Part shown: in pieces, positions 53,654-64,000 of the stretch
How positions within the stretch are numbered: position 1 is the stretch's first letter
Layout: each line of letters begins with the position of its first letter
Origin: an uncultured Pelagibacteraceae bacterium
Lineage (GTDB): Bacteria; Pseudomonadota; Alphaproteobacteria; Pelagibacterales; Pelagibacteraceae
Assembly: GCA_902580335.1 (NCBI GenBank)
Contig: CACHKE010000004.1
Span: forward strand, 26,112 to 90,111
Direction: 5' to 3'
Length of the DNA: 64,000 nt
The notes under the pieces: model-generated
Database searches by the model: none
Seen by the model: only the letters and a program-made list of their open reading frames with translations
Told to the model about the DNA's origin: nothing
Position numbers and translations under genes: made by a program

Positions 53654-55380
53654 ATATTTTTGAACAGTATTTAGATAAAATAAAAGAAATCCTTTCAACA
53701 CTATCTTCAAATGGAGATTTAATTTTACCAGATTCACTAAACGGGATAACTGCTGAAATTCCACCTTCTAAATTTGATAGTGATATTTCTACTAACGTAG
53801 CCATGGTCCTTTCTAAGATTAATAATAAATCTCCATCAGATCTGGCTTCAATTTTGGCAGAAAAAATCAAAAAAGAGGATAAATTTATTGAAGAGATATC
53901 AGTTGTAAAACCTGGTTTTATCAACATTAAATTTAAACCTATTTTTTGGACAAATTTTATTAAAGAGGTGATTAAAAATTCTAAATCTTTTGGAACAAAT
54001 AAAAATATAAAAAGAAATTACCTAATAGAATTTGTATCTGCTAATCCAACAGGTCCTTTACATGTTGGCCATTGTAGAGGAGCAATATTAGGTGATGTGA
54101 TGGCTAATCTTTTATTATTTAATAATAATAAAGTTACAAAAGAGTATTATATAAACGACTACGGTAATCAGATTATAAATTTTACAAAGTCAGTTTATTA
54201 TAGAATAAGAGAGATTTCTTTTAATGAACCTTTTCCAATAGATAATGAAGATTTATATCCCGGAGACTATTTAATTGACTTTGCTCAAAACATTTTAAAC
54301 TCAAATAAAAATATTGATTTTAATAATTTTGACAAAATATCTCAAGAATTGACTTCTTTAGCTATTAACGAGGCATTAAAGTTAATCAAAAGTAATCTTA
54401 AAAGTCTTGGTATTAATCATGATAACTTTGTCAGTGAAAAGAAAATAGTTGAAAATCAAGAAGTGGAAAAAGTTGTTGAATTTCTTCAAAAAAACAAATT
54501 TGTTTATAAAGGAAAAATAAAGGCACCCGCGGGTGAAGATGATAGTAATTGGGTTGAGCGTGAGCAGTTGCTTTTTCGATCGACTGATTTTGGAGATGAC
54601 AAAGATAGAGCATTGCAAAAATCTGATGGCGCTTGGACTTATTTTGCAAGTGATGTTGCATACCACAAAAATAAATTAGACAGAAAATTTGATAGGCTTA
54701 TTAATATTTTAGGCGCAGATCATGCTGGTTATATAAAAAGAATTTTATCATCTGTTGAAGCTTTATCAAACTCTAAAGATAGATTAATTTGTAAAGTTAG
54801 CCAACTTGTTAAACTTATTAAAGATAAGAAACCCTTTAAAATGTCTAAAAGAAAAGGTGACTATATAACTATAGATGATTTAATTAATGAGGTAGGAAAA
54901 GATGCAACAAGATTTATAATGCTAAATCGAAGTAGTGATGTTGAACTCGATTTTGATTTTGATAACGTTGTAGAAAAATCAAAAGATAACCCCCTTTATT
55001 ACGTTCAATACTGTTATGCAAGAATATGTTCAGTATATAGACATCTTGATAAAGATTTAAATTCAGATCTAGATATTACTAAATACGATTTTGAATATTC
55101 CAAAGATGAAATAAAAATCTTAAAAAAATTATCTGAATGGCCCAAGTGTATTGATGTATCTTGTAATAAACTTGAGCCGCATAGAATACCGACTTATTTA
55201 TATGAATTGGCCTCTTTATTTCATTCATATTGGAATTTAGGTAAGGAAAATCCAGACAAAAGATTTATTAATGATCAAAAGAAGATAACAGATGATAAAT
55301 TGATTTTTCTTAAGGCTATTTCCAATGTAGTAAAATCTGGAATGAATATAGTTGGCGTATCTACACCAGATAAAATGTGA
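53650..55380 (+). CDS. argS: Arginyl-tRNA synthetase
   Basis: SANPTGPLHVGH, GADH, MSKRKG, YVQYCYARI. Confidence 0.98.
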   Translation: MNIFEQYLDKIKEILSTLSSNGDLILPDSLNGITAEIPPSKFDSDISTNVAMVLSKINNKSPSDLASILAEKIKKEDKFIEEISVVKPGFINIKFKPIFWTNFIKEVIKNSKSFGTNKNIKRNYLIEFVSANPTGPLHVGHCRGAILGDVMANLLLFNNNKVTKEYYINDYGNQIINFTKSVYYRIREISFNEPFPIDNEDLYPGDYLIDFAQNILNSNKNIDFNNFDKISQELTSLAINEALKLIKSNLKSLGINHDNFVSEKKIVENQEVEKVVEFLQKNKFVYKGKIKAPAGEDDSNWVEREQLLFRSTDFGDDKDRALQKSDGAWTYFASDVAYHKNKLDRKFDRLINILGADHAGYIKRILSSVEALSNSKDRLICKVSQLVKLIKDKKPFKMSKRKGDYITIDDLINEVGKDATRFIMLNRSSDVELDFDFDNVVEKSKDNPLYYVQYCYARICSVYRHLDKDLNSDLDITKYDFEYSKDEIKILKKLSEWPKCIDVSCNKLEPHRIPTYLYELASLFHSYWNLGKENPDKRFINDQKKITDDKLIFLKAISNVVKSGMNIVGVSTPDKM

Positions 55381-55634
55381 TGCTAAAAGAGATTAAATAT
55401 TTAATATTTTTATTAATCATCGGTTTTTTTATATTTTTTACAGGTAAGTATTATTTTTCAGATGATAATAAAAAAAATTCTTTTAGATCTTTGAGCAATA
55501 TTGACAAAAAAATTGATATTTATTCTGAAAAATTGCCAGTTTTAGAAAATGATACCAAAGATATCATTCAATATGTAGAGAAATCTAATAAAGATAAAAA
55601 GAAAAAATTTAATTTTTGGAAACTTCTAGATTAA
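55380..55634 (+). CDS. Small single-pass membrane protein
   Basis: One TM plus a short soluble tail; overlaps both argS and nagZ. Confidence 0.7.
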   Translation: MLKEIKYLIFLLIIGFFIFFTGKYYFSDDNKKNSFRSLSNIDKKIDIYSEKLPVLENDTKDIIQYVEKSNKDKKKKFNFWKLLD

Positions 55635-56581
55635 TGAATAATCGAAGATCTTTTATTATCGGTATTAAATCAACAAAACTTAGCTCCAGAGAAAAGAATT
55701 TTCTAAGAAAATATAAGCCATGGGGAGTAATTTTATTTACCAGAAACATAAAAGATATCAAACAGGCAAAACAATTAACCACATCTATTCGAAAAATCTT
55801 TAACGATAATAAATATCCAATCTTAATTGATCAAGAGGGTGGTAGAGTAAACCGACTTAAAAATATTATATCTTTTGAAAATTTAACCTCTGAATTTTTT
55901 GGCAAAAAATTTATAAAAAAACCTAAGGAATTTAATTTTTTCTATAAATTATTTATTGATAAAACATCATATTTATTAAAATTGATAGGAGTTAATATCA
56001 ACACTTGTCCTGTTTTAGATCTTAGAAAGAAAGGTTCATCATCAATTATTGGAGACAGATCTTTTTCTAGTAATCCTAAAATAGTTTCAAAAATTGGCGA
56101 TTATTGTATCAACTATCACCATAATAATGGCGTAGGAACTGTTATTAAACATATACCAGGACATGGTTTAGCAAAAGTTGATAGTCACCATTTTACACCC
56201 GTAATTAGTAAAAATTTGGATTACTTATTAAAAAATGATTTTTTTCCTTTCAAAAGAAAAAATTCTTTTTTTGCAATGACAGCCCACATCATATTCAAAA
56301 AGATCGATTTAAAAAACACAGTAACGCATTCTAAAAAAATGATAAAATTAATAAGAAATAAAATAGGTTTTAAGAATATTTTGATTTCTGACGATATATC
56401 AATGAAAAGTTTAAAAGGTAAAATTAAAGAAAATACAATCAATGCGTTTAATGCTGGTTGTAATCTTGTTTTACATTGTAATGCCAAAGAAAATGAGATG
56501 GAAATTGTTGCTGAAAATTCACCTTTCATAAGCAAATTTGTAATAAAAAAAACATCACAATTTTATAAGATAATAAGTTAG
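55634..56581 (+). CDS. nagZ: Beta-N-acetylhexosaminidase (GH3) (start moved to ATG 55634)
   Basis: ILFTRN, DQEGGRV, KHIPGHG-DSH, SDDISM. Confidence 0.93.
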   Translation: MNNRRSFIIGIKSTKLSSREKNFLRKYKPWGVILFTRNIKDIKQAKQLTTSIRKIFNDNKYPILIDQEGGRVNRLKNIISFENLTSEFFGKKFIKKPKEFNFFYKLFIDKTSYLLKLIGVNINTCPVLDLRKKGSSSIIGDRSFSSNPKIVSKIGDYCINYHHNNGVGTVIKHIPGHGLAKVDSHHFTPVISKNLDYLLKNDFFPFKRKNSFFAMTAHIIFKKIDLKNTVTHSKKMIKLIRNKIGFKNILISDDISMKSLKGKIKENTINAFNAGCNLVLHCNAKENEMEIVAENSPFISKFVIKKTSQFYKIIS

Positions 56582-56590
56582 TATTCGCTT

Positions 56591-57328
56591 ATGACAGAAA
56601 ATGATTCCTCACTTTTTAGTGTTGATATTGAAAATTATAACGGTCCATTAGATATATTGTTAGACCTTGCAAAATCTCAAAAGGTGAATTTAGAAAATAT
56701 TTCTATTACAAAACTAGCAGATCAATTTCATGATTTTATAACAAACCAAAAAAATCTAAATCTAGAGTCCGCCTCTGAGTATTTACTTATGGCCACATGG
56801 CTTGCTTATTTGAAATCTAAACTTCTTTTACCTGGAACACCTGAGGAGGAGTTTAAAGTTCAAGAAGTGGCAGAAAAATTAAAACTCCAACTTAAAAAAT
56901 TAGAATTAATCAGATTATTATCAGAGCAAATGTTAAAGCGTAAAAGATTAGGTCGTGAAATCAGAACAAGAGGTGTAAGGGCAGGCATTAGCCCCATTTA
57001 TAACAGTGAAATTAAAGTAAATTTATTTGAATTACTAAAAACATATTCAACTATTATTATGACTAAAGATTTTCAAAAAATAAATATTCCTAAACTCCCT
57101 GTTTTTACAACTGAAGAGGGGATTAAAACAATCAGAGATTTTTTTGGAAAACTAACTGATTGGAAAAAATTAGAGGACTTGATACCTAAAAATTTTAAGA
57201 GTATTACAAAATACAAAAAAACTGGTACAGCAGGTATTTTTGCAGGATCACTTGAACTTGTGAAAGAAGGTAACTTAAAAATTAAACAAGAAAATTTATT
57301 TGATGATATTTTTATTAAGGAAAAATAA
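56591..57328 (+). CDS. scpA: Segregation/condensation protein A
   Basis: GPLDILL, YLLMATWLAYLKSKLLLP. Confidence 0.94.
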   Translation: MTENDSSLFSVDIENYNGPLDILLDLAKSQKVNLENISITKLADQFHDFITNQKNLNLESASEYLLMATWLAYLKSKLLLPGTPEEEFKVQEVAEKLKLQLKKLELIRLLSEQMLKRKRLGREIRTRGVRAGISPIYNSEIKVNLFELLKTYSTIIMTKDFQKINIPKLPVFTTEEGIKTIRDFFGKLTDWKKLEDLIPKNFKSITKYKKTGTAGIFAGSLELVKEGNLKIKQENLFDDIFIKEK

Positions 57329-58035
57329 TGAATAAAAGAAATACTAAAAAAGATAATGTTATTGATTTTCCTAATAAATTATCCTCAATTGAAAAAGAAA
57401 TTGAAGCAATAGTTTTTGCAGCTGCTGAGCCACTTGATATTGAAACTATAGAAAATAAGATTTCAAAAAAAACTAATGTCGAAAAAATTTTATTAAAATT
57501 ACAAAACGAATATTCCAATCGAGGTATTAATTTAGTGTGTATCTCAAAAAAATGGTCATTTAGAACATCGCCAAATCTTTCTGAAATTATGAAACAGGAA
57601 AAAATTGTTGAAAAAAAATTATCAAGAGCTGCAATTGAAACACTTGCAATCATTGTTTATCATCAACCAGTAACACGTGCTGAAATTGAGGAAATTAGAG
57701 GTGTTGCATTCGGCACAAATACTCTTGAAATTTTGATGGAGTTAAACTGGGTAAAACCAGGTGGTAGAAAAGATGTCCCTGGAAAACCAATTCAATATGT
57801 CACGACTGATGATTTTTTAAGTCATTTCAATCTTCAAAAGTTATCCGATTTACCAACCGTTGATGAATTGGGTGCCGCTGGTCTTATCGATAGTACAAAT
57901 ATTGATAATGCAATTTTTGGAACTGGTAAATTTTATAAAGAGAAACAAGATGGTAAAAAAGAGGATATTTATTCAAATATTGATGAAATGCTAAGCAGCA
58001 CTTTAGACTCTGAGGAGAAAAATAAGAATTCATAA
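57328..58035 (+). CDS. scpB: Segregation/condensation protein B
   Basis: LSRAAIETLAIIVYHQPVTRAEIEEIRGV. Confidence 0.96.
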   Translation: MNKRNTKKDNVIDFPNKLSSIEKEIEAIVFAAAEPLDIETIENKISKKTNVEKILLKLQNEYSNRGINLVCISKKWSFRTSPNLSEIMKQEKIVEKKLSRAAIETLAIIVYHQPVTRAEIEEIRGVAFGTNTLEILMELNWVKPGGRKDVPGKPIQYVTTDDFLSHFNLQKLSDLPTVDELGAAGLIDSTNIDNAIFGTGKFYKEKQDGKKEDIYSNIDEMLSSTLDSEEKNKNS

Positions 58036-58091
58036 CTTAGGTTAAAAAAAAGTCACTTTTAAATTGAGAATAAAAGATATATAACTTTTCT

Positions 58092-58292
58092 ATGAGCATA
58101 GGAATTTGGCAGATAGCAATTGTTGTTATACTTGTAGTTTTACTTTTTGGAAGAGGTAAGATCTCAAGTCTGATGGGAGATGTTGCTAAAGGAATTAAGA
58201 GCTTCAAAAAAGGTATGGCATCAGATGTTACTGATGACAACGAACCTAAAAATATTTCCGAAGATAATCAAGATAATAACAAAAAAGATTAA
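58092..58292 (+). CDS. tatA: Twin-arginine translocase TatA
   Basis: [17 protein letters not shown]. Confidence 0.95.
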   Translation: MSIGIWQIAIVVILVVLLFGRGKISSLMGDVAKGIKSFKKGMASDVTDDNEPKNISEDNQDNNKKD

Positions 58293-58297
58293 ATCAC

Positions 58298-58513
58298 ATG
58301 CCTACTATTGGTTGGTTTGAGATTTTAATTATTGTAGCAATAGCTATTGTTGTTCTTGGACCAAAAGATTTTCCAATAATGTTAAAAAAAGTTGGCTCAT
58401 GGATTGGTACAATTAAGAATTATATCAATAATGTCCAAAATGAAGTTTCAAATATTGATATTGAAAATGATAAAATAGAAAAAAAAGAAGAAAAAAAACA
58501 TGAGTCAGAATGA
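58298..58513 (+). CDS. tatB: Twin-arginine translocase TatB
   Basis: IGWFE, VLGPKDFP. Confidence 0.93.
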   Translation: MPTIGWFEILIIVAIAIVVLGPKDFPIMLKKVGSWIGTIKNYINNVQNEVSNIDIENDKIEKKEEKKHESE

Positions 58514-59270
58514 TAAAGAGGGTGGTTTTGTAAGCCATTTAGCTGAACTAAGAAAAAGACTTATACATAGTTTTATTTTTCTAATTGTTTTTTTTGTTGG
58601 ATGTTATTTTTTTGCAGAACATTTATATGGTTTTTTAGTAGATCCTTTCGCCCAAGCCGTTAAAGATGATGGAACTGACAGACGATTAATATTTACCGCT
58701 CTTCAAGAAACTTTTTTAACATATCTAAAGATTTCTTTCTTTACAGCATTCTTTGTCACTTGCCCGTTTATACTTATGCAAATTTGGAAATTTATAGCGC
58801 CTGGTTTATATAAACATGAAAAACATGCAATATTGCCTTATCTAATATTAACTCCAGTACTTTTTTTTCTTGGAGGGATGTTAGTTTATTATTTGATAAT
58901 GCCTTTAGCGATAAAGTTTTTTTTATCATTTGAAAGCACAGGTTTATCCACAAATTTACCGATACAACTTGAAGCTAAGGTAAATGAGTATTTATCATTA
59001 GTCATGAAACTTATTTTCGCTTTTGGTATAAGTTTTCAATTACCTGTGGTTTTAAGTTTACTAGCTAGAATTGGTGTTGTTGATTCTGAATTTTTAAAGA
59101 AAAGAAGAAAATACGTTGTAGTTATAATTTTTGCAGCAGCAGCATTATTAACACCGCCTGACCCTATAACCCAAATTGGTTTAGCGATTCCATTATTAAT
59201 TTTATATGAATTATCAATTTTTTCTGTAAAGTTTATAGAGGATAAGAAATTTAAAGATTCTAATGCATAA
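58500..59270 (+). CDS. tatC: Twin-arginine translocase TatC
   Basis: HLAELRKRL, FIAPGLY, TPPD, LYE. Confidence 0.97.
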   Translation: MSQNDKEGGFVSHLAELRKRLIHSFIFLIVFFVGCYFFAEHLYGFLVDPFAQAVKDDGTDRRLIFTALQETFLTYLKISFFTAFFVTCPFILMQIWKFIAPGLYKHEKHAILPYLILTPVLFFLGGMLVYYLIMPLAIKFFLSFESTGLSTNLPIQLEAKVNEYLSLVMKLIFAFGISFQLPVVLSLLARIGVVDSEFLKKRRKYVVVIIFAAAALLTPPDPITQIGLAIPLLILYELSIFSVKFIEDKKFKDSNA

Positions 59271-60522
59271 CTTAAAGGAAATAAGAAAAAATTTTGATGA
59301 TTTTAAAAACGCACTAAAAGGTAGATTTCTTAAAATAGATTTTAATGAACTTAAAGACTTAGATATCAAAAATAGAAATTTTATCCAAAAAAAAGAGTCT
59401 TTGGAAAATGAAAAAAAAGAGATTTCAAAATCTAAAGATGAAAAATTATTTAAAAAATCAAAAGAAATTTCAAATGAAATAGACGAAATATCAAAACAGC
59501 AAAAAATAATAAAAGACCAACTAGATAAAATTTTATCATTTATCCCAAATATTCCTCATAAAGATGTTCCGAATGGAAAAAATGAAAATGATAACGTAGA
59601 AATAATGAAATCAGGTCAAATACCAAATTTTGATTTTAAACCCTTATCACATTATGAATTAGGTGAAAAACTTGGAATGCTTGATTTTGACCTAGCCACA
59701 AAAACAACAGGTGCACGGTTTGTATTCGTAAAAAATAAACTGGCCTTATTAGAAAGGGCTATTTCAAATTTCATGCTAGATTCGCACATTTTAAAAAATG
59801 GTTATGAAGAAATTTCACCACCTTTATTCGCTTCTGAAAGTACAATGTTTGGTACAGGTCAACTTCCTAAATTTGAGAATGATCAATTTGAAATCAAACT
59901 AGATGATAATGGGGAAAGAAAGTTTTTGATACCTACTGCAGAAGTGATTTTAACTAACATTGTTAAAGATAAGATGATTAATCAAAAAGATCTACCAATG
60001 AGATTTGTTGCATCTACACCATGCTTCAGAAAAGAGGCAGGTAGTTATGGCAAAGATACAAAGGGTATGATTAGACAGCATCAGTTTTACAAAGTTGAAA
60101 TGGTTAGTATCGTCGAACAAGAAAAATGTCTAGAAGAACTTGAGAGAATGACGAAATGTGCAACATCAATTTTAGATCTATTAGAATTACCATACAGAAA
60201 AATGATCCTATGCAGTGGTGACATGGGATTTAGTGCTGAAAAAACTTATGACATTGAAGTTTGGCTACCTTCAGAGAAAAAATATAGAGAAATTTCTTCT
60301 TGTTCGTCTTGTTCAACTTTTCAAGCTGTGAGAATGAAAGCGAGATATAAGAATCAGAAAAAAGAAACTCTTTATGTTGGTACTTTAAATGGGAGTGGTC
60401 TAGCTGTGGGTAGAACTTTAATAGCAGTTATAGAAAATTATCAACAAAAAGATGGTTCAATAATAATTCCAAAAGTTTTAAGACCGTATATGGACAATTT
60501 GGAAAAAATTTCTGTCAAATAA
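59263..60522 (+). CDS. serS: Seryl-tRNA synthetase
   Basis: PTAEV, FRKEAG, RQHQF, EISSCS, TLNGSGLAVGR. Confidence 0.98.
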   Translation: MHNLKEIRKNFDDFKNALKGRFLKIDFNELKDLDIKNRNFIQKKESLENEKKEISKSKDEKLFKKSKEISNEIDEISKQQKIIKDQLDKILSFIPNIPHKDVPNGKNENDNVEIMKSGQIPNFDFKPLSHYELGEKLGMLDFDLATKTTGARFVFVKNKLALLERAISNFMLDSHILKNGYEEISPPLFASESTMFGTGQLPKFENDQFEIKLDDNGERKFLIPTAEVILTNIVKDKMINQKDLPMRFVASTPCFRKEAGSYGKDTKGMIRQHQFYKVEMVSIVEQEKCLEELERMTKCATSILDLLELPYRKMILCSGDMGFSAEKTYDIEVWLPSEKKYREISSCSSCSTFQAVRMKARYKNQKKETLYVGTLNGSGLAVGRTLIAVIENYQQKDGSIIIPKVLRPYMDNLEKISVK

Positions 60523-60576
60523 AGTTGTTTTAATCTTTTAGATAGTATAAATAATCAATTTTAATTAAGGAGTTTT

Positions 60577-60864
60577 ATGGATAGTGCAGGAATAGGACAA
60601 TTTATACCATTAATTTTAATTTTTGTTATTTTTTATTTTTTCTTAATAAGACCTCAGCAAAAAAAAGTTAAAGAACATAAAGCTATGGTTGAGAGCTTAA
60701 AAAAAGGTGACAAAATTGTAACGTCTGGTGGTATTACGGGAACGATTTCTAGAGTTGTAGATAATGATAAAATTGAAGTAGAGATTGCTGACAACGTAAC
60801 AGTTGAGGTGATTAGAGGTACTGGTGTTCAAAGTCTAATGAACTCTCAAGAAGTAAAAAAATAA
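60577..60864 (+). CDS. yajC: Preprotein translocase YajC
   Basis: FYFFLIRPQQK, GD-IVTSGGI. Confidence 0.95.
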   Translation: MDSAGIGQFIPLILIFVIFYFFLIRPQQKKVKEHKAMVESLKKGDKIVTSGGITGTISRVVDNDKIEVEIADNVTVEVIRGTGVQSLMNSQEVKK

Positions 60865-60880
60865 TTTTTTTGAATTTAAA

Positions 60881-62434
60881 GTGTTATATTTTTCAAAACT
60901 AAGAATTATTTTTATTACTTTAATTTCCTTACTTTTTATTATATTTGCTTTATCAAACCTTTTTAATTTTGATAACAAAATATTAAATAAAAAAATTAAT
61001 TTAGGTTTAGATCTACAAGGAGGATCTTATCTTTTGCTGGAAATTGATAATGATCCAGTAATTGAGCAAAAACTTCAAAATTTAACAGTTACGATAAGAA
61101 ATTTTTTTAAAGAAAAAAATGTAAGAATTACAAATTTTAAACTTTCAAATCAGACCTTATCATTTACTTCAGATAAAAATTCAAAACAAACTATCTTGGA
61201 TGAATTTGCGTCAGAAGAAAGTGAATTAAATCCTTATTATCAAAGATTTAAATCACATCAATTAGATATAGTTGAGGAAAATAATTTTTTTAAGGTTTCT
61301 TTCTCAAAGCAAGGAATTATTAATCTAAAAACATCATCTCAAGATCAAGCGCTAGAAATAGTTAGAAGAAGGATAGATGAAATCGGTACAAATGAACCCA
61401 ATATTTTAAAAAGAGGTAATGATAGAATATTAGTTGAGTTACCAGGTTTAGATGATCCAATGAGAATAAAATCTTTACTTGGAAAAACTGCAAATTTAAC
61501 ATTTAGATTTGTTACGAATGATACAGAAGGTTCATTCGGTGCAGAAAAATTAGAATTTGAAGATGGTACCGAGGAAGCAATGGTTAGTAAAAGAATTATA
61601 CTAAGTGGTGAAAATCTTTTAGATGCTCAACCAAGAATGGATACAGAAAACAATGAGACTGTTGTGACCTTTTCACTGGATAGGGTAGGAGCAAAAAGAT
61701 TTGGTAAAGCCACCTCTACAGGTATTGGTAAAAGATTAGCTATAGTTTTGGATGGAAAAGTTATTAGTGCTCCAGTTATCAGAGACACAATTGCTACCGG
61801 TTCTGGCCAAATCAGTGGAGGATTTACATTTCAATCAGCAACTGATCTTGCCTTACTTTTGAGATCAGGTGCATTACCTGCTCCTCTAAATATTATTGAA
61901 GAAAGAACTGTTGGTCCAGATTTAGGACAGGACTCTATAAACGCAGGAATGATTGCTTTGTTAATTGGTTTTATATTGGTCATACTTTATATTTTTGTTA
62001 AATATAAAATCTTTGGAATCATCACTAATATTGCTTTAATATTAAATCTTTTCATATTAGTTGGAGTACTAACTATTTTTGAAGCAACTCTAACCTTACC
62101 TGGTATTGCAGGAATAATTCTTACCGTAGGTATGGCTGTTGATGCAAATGTTCTAATTTTTGAGAGAATTAAAGAGGAGTTAAAGAGTGAAAAAAATAAT
62201 TTAATAGCATTTGACAGTGGTTATACAAAATCCAGAACTGCTATATTAGATGCGAATATTACTACATTATTAGCAGCAATTATTTTATTCTTTATGGGAT
62301 CAGGTCCAATTAAAGGTTTTTCATTAACACTAGGAATTGGGATATTTACAACACTATTCACCGTCTATTTTATAGCAAGATTATTGACCGTTTTGTATGT
62401 ATCAAAAAATAAAGAAAAAGAGGGACTGATTTAG
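60881..62434 (+). CDS. secD: Protein translocase SecD
   Basis: LGLDLQGG, RSGALP, GMAVDANVLIFERI. Confidence 0.97.
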   Translation: MLYFSKLRIIFITLISLLFIIFALSNLFNFDNKILNKKINLGLDLQGGSYLLLEIDNDPVIEQKLQNLTVTIRNFFKEKNVRITNFKLSNQTLSFTSDKNSKQTILDEFASEESELNPYYQRFKSHQLDIVEENNFFKVSFSKQGIINLKTSSQDQALEIVRRRIDEIGTNEPNILKRGNDRILVELPGLDDPMRIKSLLGKTANLTFRFVTNDTEGSFGAEKLEFEDGTEEAMVSKRIILSGENLLDAQPRMDTENNETVVTFSLDRVGAKRFGKATSTGIGKRLAIVLDGKVISAPVIRDTIATGSGQISGGFTFQSATDLALLLRSGALPAPLNIIEERTVGPDLGQDSINAGMIALLIGFILVILYIFVKYKIFGIITNIALILNLFILVGVLTIFEATLTLPGIAGIILTVGMAVDANVLIFERIKEELKSEKNNLIAFDSGYTKSRTAILDANITTLLAAIILFFMGSGPIKGFSLTLGIGIFTTLFTVYFIARLLTVLYVSKNKEKEGLI

Positions 62435-63319
62435 ATGATTGCCTTTAATAAATATTATAATAAATTTAATATTCTCTCAGTATCTTTAGTAATTGTTTCT
62501 TTATTATTACTTACATTCAAAGGTTTAAATTTTGGAATAGATTTTAAAGGTGGAACTCTTATTGAATTAAGATCTACAGATAGTAAGATTAATGTTTCCT
62601 CACTAAGGGATAATTTAAGTCAAATGAATTTGGGTGATGTATCTGTTAAAAACTTTGGTAATGAGACTGATTTCTTAATTAAGTTTGAAAATAATGAAAA
62701 TAAAAATGTAATTGAAGAAATTAATAATAATTTGGATAAATCATTCGGTAACAGCTTCAATTTCAGAAGAGTAGAAAATGTTGGCCCTAAAGTTAGCGCT
62801 GAATTATTGAGATCAGGTGTTATTGCAATATCAGTGGCTTTGTTTTTGATGCTTATCTATATTTGGATAAGATTTGAATGGCAATTTAGCTTAGGTGCCA
62901 TAGTAGCTTTATTTCATGACGTCATTGTAACACTTGGTCTCTTTTCTTTATTGGGTCTGGAGATTAATCTTTCAATAATTGCAGCTGTACTCACAATAGT
63001 TGGTTATTCAATGAATGATACAGTTGTTATTTTCGATAGAGTAAGAGAAAATTTAAGAAAATATTCAGATATTAAAATTTTTGAGTTAACAAATATCTCT
63101 ATAAATGAAACTTTGTCTCGTACTTTGATAACCTCTGTAACAACTTTATTAGCGTTACTTTCAATATTCTTTTTTGGCGGTGAGGTTTTGAAAGGTTTTT
63201 CTTTAGCCATGATATTTGGGGTAATTTTTGGGACTTATTCATCAATTTATATTGCAAACACAGTGTTAGTAAGACTAAATGTGTCTCAAAAAACAGTCCT
63301 TAGAGAAGATAAAAACTAA
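62435..63319 (+). CDS. secF: Protein translocase SecF
   Basis: GIDFKGG, GYSMNDTVVIFDRVRE. Confidence 0.97.
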   Translation: MIAFNKYYNKFNILSVSLVIVSLLLLTFKGLNFGIDFKGGTLIELRSTDSKINVSSLRDNLSQMNLGDVSVKNFGNETDFLIKFENNENKNVIEEINNNLDKSFGNSFNFRRVENVGPKVSAELLRSGVIAISVALFLMLIYIWIRFEWQFSLGAIVALFHDVIVTLGLFSLLGLEINLSIIAAVLTIVGYSMNDTVVIFDRVRENLRKYSDIKIFELTNISINETLSRTLITSVTTLLALLSIFFFGGEVLKGFSLAMIFGVIFGTYSSIYIANTVLVRLNVSQKTVLREDKN

Positions 63320-63918
63320 TATAAATTTTGAGCAGCTACCATTGAAAGTAGCATCGGTAGAGATAACAAAGTATTTGTTCTTGAAAACAACATTGCTGTT
63401 TTAGCTGATTTTGCTTTTACCTCAGGTTCACATTCTACTATACCTAAAGCTTTTTTCTGATTAGGCCAAATTACAAACCATACATTAAAAGCCATAACCA
63501 CACCCAGCCACATCCCAATTCCAATAGCAGTGTGTTTTGGCACCCCTGAGCCTATACTTAAAGTCATCGCGTCATGAAGATATCCATTTAACCATGCTAA
63601 TATAAATCCTGACAAAATTGTAAGTGCTGCTGCCCATCTAAAATAAAAAAGAGCAGCTGGAGCAATAACTTTACCAATTGCTGGCTTTTGTTCATCTGGA
63701 ATTTTACTCATGTTTGGAATTTGTACAAAATTAAAATACCATAAGAGACCTATCCACATTATAGCTACCACGACGTGAAAAAATCTTGTTAACCATGACC
63801 AGAAAAGTCTATCAAAACTGAATCCGTCATTTTGATAGAATAATCCAAAAAAAACAATCACAGCTAAGGCTAATGAAGCGTGTATTGTTCTTGGTAGAGA
63901 GGCTAATAGTTTATCCAT
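63316..63918 (-). CDS. Urate oxidase N-terminal (PuuD-like) membrane protein without a cytochrome c domain
   Basis: H...WIGLLWYFN, FRWAA, NVWFVIWPNQKK, SRTNT-LS-P; no CxxCH. Confidence 0.8.
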   Translation of the reverse strand: MDKLLASLPRTIHASLALAVIVFFGLFYQNDGFSFDRLFWSWLTRFFHVVVAIMWIGLLWYFNFVQIPNMSKIPDEQKPAIGKVIAPAALFYFRWAAALTILSGFILAWLNGYLHDAMTLSIGSGVPKHTAIGIGMWLGVVMAFNVWFVIWPNQKKALGIVECEPEVKAKSAKTAMLFSRTNTLLSLPMLLSMVAAQNLY

Positions 63919-64000
63919 ATCTAAATATACTAATTTTGATAAAGTTTAACAATGATTTTTTCTTAGTTTAAAAGTGGTTTTAAAAATTTACCAGTATAAC

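Overview
Very AT-rich, tightly packed chromosomal segment of a streamlined alphaproteobacterium. Gene order, short intergenic spacers and the missing ntrBC/pdh/surE neighbours suggest a Pelagibacterales (SAR11)-like genome (inference). Most of the window is core housekeeping: trpE', ppiD-like, tpiA-secG-pyrG-kdsA-eno-ftsB-lipA, ispDF, ntrYX-trkAH, aapJQMP, three tRNAs, valS-ilvD-manC, zur/znuABC, xth-erpA-dgt-argS, nagZ-scpAB-tatABC-serS-yajC-secDF. Between manC and zur lies a ~17.6 kb phosphorus-starvation block (29583-47205). It carries lipid remodelling genes (DAG-kinase-like, plcP, GT4), phoR, pstSCAB-phoU-phoB, sixA, ppk1-ppx and an arsenate reductase/aquaglyceroporin operon with no arsR. 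11-bp-periodic Pho-box-like repeats occur before plcP, before pstS, before the ars operon, and in an 'empty' convergent gap after ppx. Main leads: (i) PhoB-driven rather than ArsR-driven arsenate detoxification, with two extra uncharacterised genes; (ii) a candidate PhoB-induced small RNA; (iii) sixA embedded antisense in a possible non-contiguous pst-phoB/ppk-ppx operon; (iv) a 35%-lysine microprotein as a candidate polyphosphate binder. No CRISPR array, integrase, transposase or rRNA was seen. Motif calls were made by eye in AT-rich DNA and need statistical and experimental checking.
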